Assembly: GCA_036379195.1 (NCBI GenBank)
Contig: DASVHB010000067.1
Span: 1 to 44,252 of the forward strand
Origin: Pirellulales bacterium
GTDB taxonomy: Bacteria; Planctomycetota; Planctomycetia; Pirellulales; JAICIG01
Direction: 5' to 3'
Length of the DNA: 44,252 nucleotides
Below, in pieces: positions 9,040-16,252 of this stretch; within the stretch, counting starts at the first letter, position 1, and each line of letters opens with the position of its first letter. The notes under the pieces are model-generated. The model saw only the letters and a program-made list of their open reading frames with translations. It was not told where the DNA came from and made no database searches. The translations under genes and the position numbers were made by a program.

Positions 9040-10329
9040 ATGCGTGCGCTGCGTTGGTTGATCGCCGTGTGCCTCGTCGCACTGGCAGCGTTTCGAGCCA
9101 CCCCGGCCCGCGCGGACGGCCTAATCCGCGATGGCCTCGGCGCCATCTCTGGCGGACGCGGCGGCACCAACATGGGCTTCGCCGATAACGGCGCCATCCT
9201 GATCGACAACCCCGGCGCGCTGGCCAACGTGGCCGGCAACGGCATGGTCGACCTCGACGTCGATATTGTTACCTCGCAGGTGCATTACACCGACCTGAAG
9301 CCGAATAACGTCTATTCGCACGTGCGGCCAATTCCGATTCCCGACGTCACCTACATCCGCCGCAGCAAGGACCGCCGCTGGGCTTATGGGATCGGTCTGT
9401 ACGGACCGGCGGGATTTGGCGCGGCTTACGATTTTCAGAATTCGTTCGCCGGGCCGCAGTCGTACGAGTCGTTCGGCGCCATGGGTAAATTTTTGTGGGC
9501 CACGTCGTACAAGCTGACCGATCGGCTTTCGATCGGCGGCAACATCGGCCTGGCCACCAGCTATGTCAATATCCAAGGCCCGCTATTCATGCAAACCGGC
9601 ATGCTGCGCGGCGCGCCTTCGATCGTCGATCTGCAAGGCATCGGCTACGCGCCCACGGGGTCGTTTGGCTTGCAATACCTGATGCCCAACAACCGCACCA
9701 CGTTGGGGTTGGCCTATACCAGCGAAACCCGCTTTCACCTCAATGGCATTACCAACGCCAATGTCTTCGGAGTGGGGCCGGGACCGATTTACAGCCGCTT
9801 TAACTCCACGACCAACATCACTTGGCCGCGATCGTTGGCAGCCGGGTTCGCGCACCGCGTGAACGACCGCAACATCATCGCCGCCGACGTGATTTGGTAC
9901 GACTGGCACAACGCGTTTAATCAGATCGGTATCGATCTGACCAACCCGTCGAACCCGATGGTGTCGATGCTGGCCGGGCCGTCGATCGTGCAAAACCTGC
10001 CCCTGAACTGGCGCGACACGGTGTCGCTGCGACTCGGTTATCAGTGGATGCCCAACAGCCTTCACACGTTCCGGTTCGGCTATGTGTATCACGCCAGCCC
10101 GGTGCCCAACAACACGCTGACGCCGTTTACCGACGGCGTGTTATTGAACACCTTCAGCTTGGGGTACAGCCGGCGCTTTGGGCGAGCGTATTTCAACGCC
10201 GCCTATCAATACACGTTTGGCAATACGCGGCATGTCGGTGTGAGCAGCCTGGCTGGCGGCGATTTCTCCAATAGCACGCTGCAAGCCCAGGCCCACACGG
10301 CGTTCCTGGGACTGCTGGTGCCGTTCTAA
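9040..10329 (+). CDS. outer-membrane transport protein, OMPP1/FadL/TodX family
   Basis: The signal peptide is MRALRWLIAVCLVALAAFRATPARA/DG. The N-terminal hatch-like segment is GLGAISGGRGGTNMGFADNGAILIDNPGALANV. The body has alternating beta-strand-like sequence and ends in a terminal aromatic residue (..LLVPF). Confidence 0.75.
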   Translation: MRALRWLIAVCLVALAAFRATPARADGLIRDGLGAISGGRGGTNMGFADNGAILIDNPGALANVAGNGMVDLDVDIVTSQVHYTDLKPNNVYSHVRPIPIPDVTYIRRSKDRRWAYGIGLYGPAGFGAAYDFQNSFAGPQSYESFGAMGKFLWATSYKLTDRLSIGGNIGLATSYVNIQGPLFMQTGMLRGAPSIVDLQGIGYAPTGSFGLQYLMPNNRTTLGLAYTSETRFHLNGITNANVFGVGPGPIYSRFNSTTNITWPRSLAAGFAHRVNDRNIIAADVIWYDWHNAFNQIGIDLTNPSNPMVSMLAGPSIVQNLPLNWRDTVSLRLGYQWMPNSLHTFRFGYVYHASPVPNNTLTPFTDGVLLNTFSLGYSRRFGRAYFNAAYQYTFGNTRHVGVSSLAGGDFSNSTLQAQAHTAFLGLLVPF

Positions 10330-10370
10330 ACTCGGCGTCGTTGTGCGGATGTTCGCGCAGCCCGGTCGCT

Positions 10371-10420
10371 GGGGCAAAGCCTAAGCGATGCCCCGGCCGA
10401 TGCAAACCGGGGCATCGGCA
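10371..10420. repeat. REP-like element family C (GGGGCArAGCCTAAGCGATGCCCCGG..) with hairpin
   Basis: The hairpin arms cgatgccccgg (10386-10396) and ccggggcatcg (10407-10417) are perfect, with a 10-nt loop. The first 26 nt match a segment inside NRPS-1 (19216-19241) at 25/26. The core inside NRPS-2 (33516-33541, reverse strand) matches that NRPS-1 segment at 24/26. Confidence 0.8.
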
Positions 10421-10451
10421 AACCTCTGCCTCAGCCACCTGTCGCTTCACA

Positions 10452-10510
10452 CCAACCCGAAGCGTAAGCGAGGACGAGACCCGACTTACCTCGCTTACGC
10501 TTCGGGTTGG
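10452..10510. repeat. REP-like element family B: perfect 22-bp inverted repeat with 15-nt loop
   Basis: ccaacccgaagcgtaagcgagg (10452-10473) and cctcgcttacgcttcgggttgg (10489-10510) are exact reverse complements. The element lies between convergent fadL-like and snoaL-like genes and may act as a bidirectional terminator. A paralogue with the same arm and loop geometry lies inside NRPS-2 at 29840-29898. Confidence 0.85.
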
Positions 10511-10558
10511 TATGGGGCGCGCTGTTCGGCGGCTGCGCGAGTGGGCGCGCAATGCGGG

Positions 10559-11023
10559 CTAACCGGCTTGTGGCTGTAGCACCGCGGCGGCGGCCTGCTC
10601 TCCCCACGGCACCGAGACCAGCCCGAGCTGTGCCAGCATGCCAAAGAAATCGGGCATGCCCCAGTGCTCGACCATCTTGCCCGCGGCCAACCGCATGATG
10701 TGAATCTCGAGGATTGTAAATCGCTTGCCGCTGGCCGCCTCACCTAAAAAAGGATGTAAGTGCGTCCCCGTCGATTGGATTAATGCCACCACCTTGTCGC
10801 CCTCGGCGGTGAGATCGAGAATTGTCGATTGAAAATCGGGAAAGGCGCCGTGCAACATCATCAGGCGTTGCATCAGACCATCGAGATCGCCCGGTTGGCC
10901 TGGCAACGGCGTATGATCGCGAAAGTTGGGACTGACCAGTTCGTCGAGCGATTCGAGTCGCCCGCGATTGACCAGATCATCCCAGACACGCTGAACGAGT
11001 TTTTTGTTTTCTGCTAGCGACAT
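10559..11023 (-). CDS. SnoaL-like ester/polyketide cyclase family protein
   Basis: 154 aa counted from MSLAENKKLVQRVWDDLVNRGRLESLDELVSPNFRDH... The pattern is typical of the SnoaL/ester-cyclase family (N-terminal KxxVxRxxDxxxNxGxLxxLDELVxxxFxxH; DFQxTIxDLxAEGDKV). The longer ORF up to 11155 would overlap the P450 3' end and was rejected. Confidence 0.65.
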   Translation of the reverse strand: MSLAENKKLVQRVWDDLVNRGRLESLDELVSPNFRDHTPLPGQPGDLDGLMQRLMMLHGAFPDFQSTILDLTAEGDKVVALIQSTGTHLHPFLGEAASGKRFTILEIHIMRLAAGKMVEHWGMPDFFGMLAQLGLVSVPWGEQAAAAVLQPQAG

Positions 11024-11123
11024 GGTTTTATTGAACGCAGAGATGGTGCTTTGGCGGTAGGGCGACTTTCCGAGTTCGTCTACGTCATTTGATTGACGCC
11101 CTGGACGACCTAGGAAGGTCATC

Positions 11124-12509
11124 CTACCTGGCGGCGACGCCTTCACGCGCGTCAATTGACCTGGCGTGTGGCGGCGTCTGCCGTGGTCGCAGCCGGGCTA
11201 CAAAGCCGGTGCTGGGACGCAAGGTGATCATGGGTTTCACGGTGATGTCGGCGGCGTCGGCTGGACTGATTTCGAAGGCGCGGGTCAACAGCGCGGCGAT
11301 CGTCAGTCCTTCCATATCGGCCAGCGACTTGCCGATGCACATGCGCGGCCCTTCGCCAAACGGGATGAACCAACCGCCCGTCGGCGTCGATTCGCCCAGA
11401 AAGCGACCGGGATCGAACCGGTCGGCGTCGGGGCAGTATTTGCGATGCATCACATAGGGGCTCCAAATCAGATTGGCGCCCGCGGGAATCGTGTATTCGC
11501 CCAACTGCACGTCGCGCGCGGCAAGCCGATCGAGAATGGGCACCGACGGATATAGGCGCAGGGTTTCTTTCCACGCGGCTTCGGTGACGGGCACCGCTTG
11601 CAGCGGCACCGTCCACTCGGGCGACGGCTCGACTTCCTCGTAGAGTCGCTGTTGCACCACGGGATGCCGCGCCAACAAGCCGAGCAGAAAGGCGACCGAG
11701 CCGGCGGTTGTTTCGTGCCCCGCGACGAACATGGTCATCACGTGGTCGCGCAGTTCGACACCCTCGAAACCCGCCTCAAACAACAGCGAGAGCACGTCGC
11801 AGCGCTCGGCACGCTCGGCCTTCGATTCGCTCCGCCGCTGGGCGATCACGCGGGCGACAATCGATTCCAAAACATCGAGCGCGGCCACGAACCGTCGTTT
11901 GCGCGGCGTGTTCCAGCGTTCCGGCACCATCGACCAGATGCGATAGCGAGCGTAGTCGTTGCACTCGTCGACCGCGTGGCGTGCTTCTTCCAGGTCGATC
12001 AGATCGGGCGTGGCGCCAAACAGCAGCTCCAGCGCGATGCGCAGCATCAACTCGGTGGTCATTACGTCGAGATCGACTGCCTCCAGCGAGCCGCCGTTTT
12101 GCAAACGCTCAATCAGTTCGCGCGTATGCCGAATGACAATCGCTTGCTGCCGCGGCATCAGGCCTGGGCGGAAGGCTTGCTGGATGCGCCGCCGGGCATC
12201 AATCCACTCTTGCCCGTCGAGCGTCACCAGGCCCTTGCCCAATACCATCTGCAGTTTTTTGAAGATCGTGCCTTTGAGAAATCGGCGCGTGTCGCCCAGC
12301 ATTTGCTTAACGAGCTCGGGCTGGGTGACCAGATAAAAGGGGCTGCCCATCCAGCCCAGCCGCACCAGATCGTAATCGCGGCCCACATCAACTAAGAATT
12401 CCAGTGGCCGATACATCATTTGCCACAACAGCAGCGGCGGGCAGACCCGTGTGCGCGTGAGCGCGGGCGGGTGTTTCGGCGCGAGCGAGTTCCCTGAAGG
12501 TTCAATCAC
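11124..12509 (-). CDS. cytochrome P450 monooxygenase
   Basis: The heme-thiolate loop is FGEGPRMCIGKSLA, the I-helix is FVAGHETT, and the ExxR motif is ETLRLYP. The start is GTG (cac at 12507-12509). Confidence 0.9.
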   Translation of the reverse strand: MIEPSGNSLAPKHPPALTRTRVCPPLLLWQMMYRPLEFLVDVGRDYDLVRLGWMGSPFYLVTQPELVKQMLGDTRRFLKGTIFKKLQMVLGKGLVTLDGQEWIDARRRIQQAFRPGLMPRQQAIVIRHTRELIERLQNGGSLEAVDLDVMTTELMLRIALELLFGATPDLIDLEEARHAVDECNDYARYRIWSMVPERWNTPRKRRFVAALDVLESIVARVIAQRRSESKAERAERCDVLSLLFEAGFEGVELRDHVMTMFVAGHETTAGSVAFLLGLLARHPVVQQRLYEEVEPSPEWTVPLQAVPVTEAAWKETLRLYPSVPILDRLAARDVQLGEYTIPAGANLIWSPYVMHRKYCPDADRFDPGRFLGESTPTGGWFIPFGEGPRMCIGKSLADMEGLTIAALLTRAFEISPADAADITVKPMITLRPSTGFVARLRPRQTPPHARSIDAREGVAAR

Positions 12510-12669
12510 CGTGGCCGTCCTTACGCAAAGGGTCGCCTATTGGCAACGTGGATAAAGGTATCTACGTTGAGCCAACAGGCGCGGCAAACCCCACCAATGG
12601 CGGCAATGGAACGGCCGAGAACAATTGGCGCGGCGGTAGCGGCTAGCGCAGATTTGCCGCCATTGAGCA

Positions 12670-14340
12670 TTACCGCTGCGATCGCTGGTCGCCCGCGCGA
12701 TTGGCGGCCGACACCTGCACATCGGCCGAGCCGGCCGCGTACTGGCCGTCGCCCTGGACAAACGCCCGCACATGGCAGGCGCCGCGGGCGTCGCGCGGCA
12801 CGCTCAGCACCGCCTGAAAGTGACCGTCGCGGACGGGCACGCGTAGGGTGGCCAATCGCCCGTCGTTGGCGCGCTGATAGGTGGCCGAATACTCTTGGTC
12901 CGATTCCACCGATGATTGATAGTCGGCACGTGCCGGCGGGCGAAACGCCAGCCGGTCGCGCCGCACCACCAGTTCGATCAGCGCCTGGCCTTCGACGGGC
13001 GATTCGCCCGAGACGTCCAGCGATTGGCCGCCGCGCGCCGTGGGGCTGACTTTAAGCCTTACTTCGGCAGGATGCGTTAATCGCAGCAGCGGATCACCCA
13101 AAAGATTGAACAAGTGCAGATGTTCCATACGCTCGTCGGCCAGCGCGGCGCCGGCGGGCGTGAGCAGCGCCGCCAAGGCGTCGAGCTTTTGCTTGCGATC
13201 GTCGGTGCGCGGATCGAGCGCCATGCTTCGCTTGGCATACAGCAGCACGTCGCCGATGGTCTTGCGCTTTTTGCCAAAGCACTCATCGAGCAGCCCGATG
13301 CCCAGCACGCTCATGCCATACGGCATGGTGACGCGCGAGCCGCTGATGACGGCCACCGGACCGCCTTCGGCGCGCAGCAGCGCCTCGGCCAGGCAATCGC
13401 GCCGCGCGTCAAAGGCGCCGGTGTAGCAGGCCAAAAACAGAGCGATGGGCGGGCAGGCCTGCGCCCGCAGCCGCGGCGCCTGGTCGATCGTAAAGATTTC
13501 ATGCTCGCCATCGGGAAACTGCACACGGTCGAGTGCCCAAGGATGCCCGTGCCCCAGATAAACCCAAAACAAGCAACCTTCGTTCAGCCGGTCGACGCTG
13601 ATCTCGCCGAAGCGTCGCGGCGGCGGACAATAAGGACTTCGCCAGGCCGCGTGCGTCATGGTGGTGGCATAGGCGGGCGGAATGCCTTCGGTCAGGATCG
13701 ACTTGGCGGCGGCTTCCAGGGCGGCGTCGGCCAGCGCTCCGAAACCGCCCAGCCCCGCCACTAGGTTGATTCGCCGCCGCCAAAGATCGTCGTTGCTCAC
13801 AACGCTCACATTTGTCGCCGCCGTAGGGTGAGCCGAGCGAAGCGACCCTCCCCTTTGGTTTATTACTTCACTCGCGTTTTCCCGCTCGTAGGCCAGAATC
13901 TTGCGCACCACCACCGCCAGTTCTTCGGGCGACTCAGCGCTTAGCCGCCCAATGGCCAATTCCGGCACATGGTCATCATCCAGATCGGCGTACCAATTAT
14001 CGGTGGCGATTTCCGGCTCGGAACCCCAGCGTACATTGACCTTGGCTTCGGCATAGTGGGTGGGCACGCTTCGTGCCCGCATCGCCGCATCGGCCACGTC
14101 GGCATCGCCGACCAGCACCACGGCGTGCAGGCTTCCCATCCGCGCCAGACGCCGAACCTGCTCGCGAATCTCCGCAGGCGTCAGGCCGCCATCAACCAGG
14201 GCAATGCGCCGGCCCTGCCGCTGGCGATATTCGATCCAGGGCTGCATGGCGGCCCGCAATGCCTGCGGGCAGACCAACGCCGTATCAGCCGCTTGCGCCG
14301 GGCCGGACGCCAGCAGCAAAAACATGGTGAGAAGGTGCAT
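12670..14340 (-). CDS. secreted peptidase C25 (gingipain-like cysteine peptidase) family protein
   Basis: The signal peptide is MHLLTMFLLLASGPAQA/AD. The C25-like motifs are TDNWYADLDDDHVPELAIGRLS, WVYLGHGHPW (candidate catalytic His) and LFLACYTGAFD (candidate Cys). Family assignment comes from motif memory only. Confidence 0.55.
   Translation of the reverse strand: MHLLTMFLLLASGPAQAADTALVCPQALRAAMQPWIEYRQRQGRRIALVDGGLTPAEIREQVRRLARMGSLHAVVLVGDADVADAAMRARSVPTHYAEAKVNVRWGSEPEIATDNWYADLDDDHVPELAIGRLSAESPEELAVVVRKILAYERENASEVINQRGGSLRSAHPTAATNVSVVSNDDLWRRRINLVAGLGGFGALADAALEAAAKSILTEGIPPAYATTMTHAAWRSPYCPPPRRFGEISVDRLNEGCLFWVYLGHGHPWALDRVQFPDGEHEIFTIDQAPRLRAQACPPIALFLACYTGAFDARRDCLAEALLRAEGGPVAVISGSRVTMPYGMSVLGIGLLDECFGKKRKTIGDVLLYAKRSMALDPRTDDRKQKLDALAALLTPAGAALADERMEHLHLFNLLGDPLLRLTHPAEVRLKVSPTARGGQSLDVSGESPVEGQALIELVVRRDRLAFRPPARADYQSSVESDQEYSATYQRANDGRLATLRVPVRDGHFQAVLSVPRDARGACHVRAFVQGDGQYAAGSADVQVSAANRAGDQRSQR
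13823..13853. repeat. family A REP-like copy embedded in frame in the C25 peptidase CDS
   Basis: The reverse complement ..tcgcttcgctcggctcaccctacg matches 1239-1263 (tcgctgcgctcggcccaccctacg) at 22/24. It encodes GGSLRSAHPT. The same peptide string, SLRSAHPT, is read from the intergenic copy (ORF 1228..1614). Confidence 0.75.
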
Positions 14341-14388
14341 GAATGCACTCTACCGGCGATCCGCGTCGCCGGGCAAGAGAGAAAGACT

Positions 14389-15927
14389 CTAGCTCCACAA
14401 ATTCCGGTCGAGCATCCGGTAATTGATGGCCTCGCTGATGTGGGCGGGCACAATCGACGCGCTGCGGTCGAGATCGGCGATCGTGCGGGCCACGCGCAAC
14501 ACCTTGTCGTGGGCGCGGGCCGAAAGCCCCAGCTCGTTCACGCTGGCCCGCAACAGATTGAAGCACTCTTCGTCGAGCTTGCAATGCTGGCGCACCTGCC
14601 GCGACGTCATTTTGGCGTTGAGCCGCGTCCGCGAACCCTCGAAGCGCTCGGTTTGCACGGCGAGCGCGGCCACCACCTGCTCGCGCATCTGAGCGCTGCT
14701 GGTACCCGGGCTGCCGCTCGACAGTTCGCGGAACGGCACCGCGGGCACCTCGAGGTGAATGTCGATCCGGTCCAGCAGCGGTCCGCTGATTTTGGCCATG
14801 TAGCGCTCGATCTGCGGCAGCGAACAGTGGCAGGCGCGGCGAGGATCGTTGCGATAGCCGCACGGGCAAGGATTCAAGGCCGCGATCAAAATAAAATTGG
14901 CCGGAAACGTCGTGCTGGCCAAAGCTCGACTAATGGTCACCGTGCCGTCTTCCAACGGCTGCCGAAGCACCTCCAGCGTGCGGCGGTTGAACTCGGGCAA
15001 TTCGTCCAAAAACAGCACGCCGTTGTGGCTCAGGCTGATCTCGCCCGGCGTCGGCGTCGATCCACCGCCCACCAGCCCCGCGTCGCTGATCGTATGATGC
15101 GGGCTGCGATACGGCCGCGTGGCCAACAGCGGCTGCCCCGCCGGCAGCAGCCCCATCGCGCTGTAGATGCGCGTGGTTTCGATCGACTCGACAGCCGTCA
15201 GATCGGGCAAAATGGTCGGCAGCCGTTTGGCGAGCATCGTCTTGCCGGAACCTGGGGGCCCAAGCATTAGTAAATTGTGGCCGCCCGTGGCGGCGATGAC
15301 GATCGCCCGCTTGGCCATCTCTTGGCCGCGGACGTCGGCAAAGTCGATTTCGTAGCGCGCATAAGTCTGAAACCATTCGTCGAGCCGGGGCGGCGTCGGC
15401 TCGATGTCGATCTGCCCGGTGAGAAAGCCGACCGCTTGAGTCAGGCTCGAAACGGCGATGACATCGATGCCGGCCACGACAGCGGCTTCACCGGCGTTTT
15501 CGCCCGGCACCAGCAATCCGCGCAGGCCCTTTTCCTGGGCCGCCGTAATGGCCATCGACAGCGCGCCTTTGGTCGGACGCATCGCACCATCGAGGGCCAA
15601 CTCGCCCACCACCGCATATTCTTGCAGCCGGTCGGTCGCCAGTTGCCCACTGCCTGCCAAAATGCCCAGCGTGATCGGCAGATCGAACGACGCGGCCTGC
15701 TTGGGCAGGTCTGCCGGGGCCAGATTGATCACCACGCGGTTTTGCGGGCGGATGAAGCCCGAATTGACCAGCGCCCGCTCGACGCGATGCGTGCATTCTT
15801 TGACGGCGGCTTCGGGCAGGCCGACCAGCACCGTCTTGGGCAAGGCCCCATCGGAGACATCGACTTCGACCTCGACCGGCAGGGCCTCGATTCCCAGCAG
15901 CGAGAAGGTGCGCAACCGCGCGAGCAT
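14389..15927 (-). CDS. comM: YifB/ComM family Mg-chelatase-like AAA+ ATPase
   Basis: The N-terminal Lon-protease-like ChlI domain is SFSLLGIEALPVEVEVDVS..GLP. The Walker A is LMLGPPGSGKTMLA and the Walker B is VLFLDELPEF. The C-terminal part is SARAHDKVLRVARTIADL. Confidence 0.9.
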   Translation of the reverse strand: MLARLRTFSLLGIEALPVEVEVDVSDGALPKTVLVGLPEAAVKECTHRVERALVNSGFIRPQNRVVINLAPADLPKQAASFDLPITLGILAGSGQLATDRLQEYAVVGELALDGAMRPTKGALSMAITAAQEKGLRGLLVPGENAGEAAVVAGIDVIAVSSLTQAVGFLTGQIDIEPTPPRLDEWFQTYARYEIDFADVRGQEMAKRAIVIAATGGHNLLMLGPPGSGKTMLAKRLPTILPDLTAVESIETTRIYSAMGLLPAGQPLLATRPYRSPHHTISDAGLVGGGSTPTPGEISLSHNGVLFLDELPEFNRRTLEVLRQPLEDGTVTISRALASTTFPANFILIAALNPCPCGYRNDPRRACHCSLPQIERYMAKISGPLLDRIDIHLEVPAVPFRELSSGSPGTSSAQMREQVVAALAVQTERFEGSRTRLNAKMTSRQVRQHCKLDEECFNLLRASVNELGLSARAHDKVLRVARTIADLDRSASIVPAHISEAINYRMLDRNLWS

Positions 15928-16076
15928 GGGCGCCTCGATATGCTACAGAGCCGCGTTGGACAGGACCTGGGGCCGCTTGCGACGAACGAAGCGTATTGTG
16001 CAGGGCAAACGCGCAAGCTGCAAGCGCCCCAGCCCGGCGCCGAGATGCGGGGGGAATGTACCCGCAAATCTTTTGA

Positions 16077-16096
16077 TTGTGGTATAATAACCACAA
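16077..16096 (+). promoter_or_regulatory. extended -10 box (TGgTATAAT) embedded in a palindrome TTGTGGT-N6-ACCACAA, in the comM / NRPS-1 divergent region
   Basis: TGnTATAAT lies at 16080-16088. The 7-bp arms ttgtggt (16077-16083) and accacaa (16090-16096) are perfect reverse complements. It sits 157 nt upstream of the NRPS-1 ATG. No properly spaced -35 was seen. A closely similar box occurs at 25974-25993. Confidence 0.4.
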
Positions 16097-16252
16097 CCAC
16101 CCCACCCGGCAGGCGGATGACCCGCACGCCGGCCCGGTTGCCATGGACGCAGCCGGCTTCGTTGCACGTCGGCTTAGCGGTTTGGAGGCCGACCATCGCC
16201 TGGGCCGCTTGCGTTTGCCGGCCACGCGAGCCGCGACCCCTGAGACAGCTTC

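Noticed and set aside
8813-9061. An 82-aa ORF in the kinase/fadL intergenic region.
   Set aside because: I recognised no motif. It overlaps the well-supported fadL-like start and signal peptide in another frame.
16073-16078. TTGATT as a -35 box for the NRPS-1 promoter.
   Set aside because: It is only 4 nt from the TATAAT hexamer, so the spacing is incompatible. The site is better read as an extended -10 (TGnTATAAT) without a recognisable -35.
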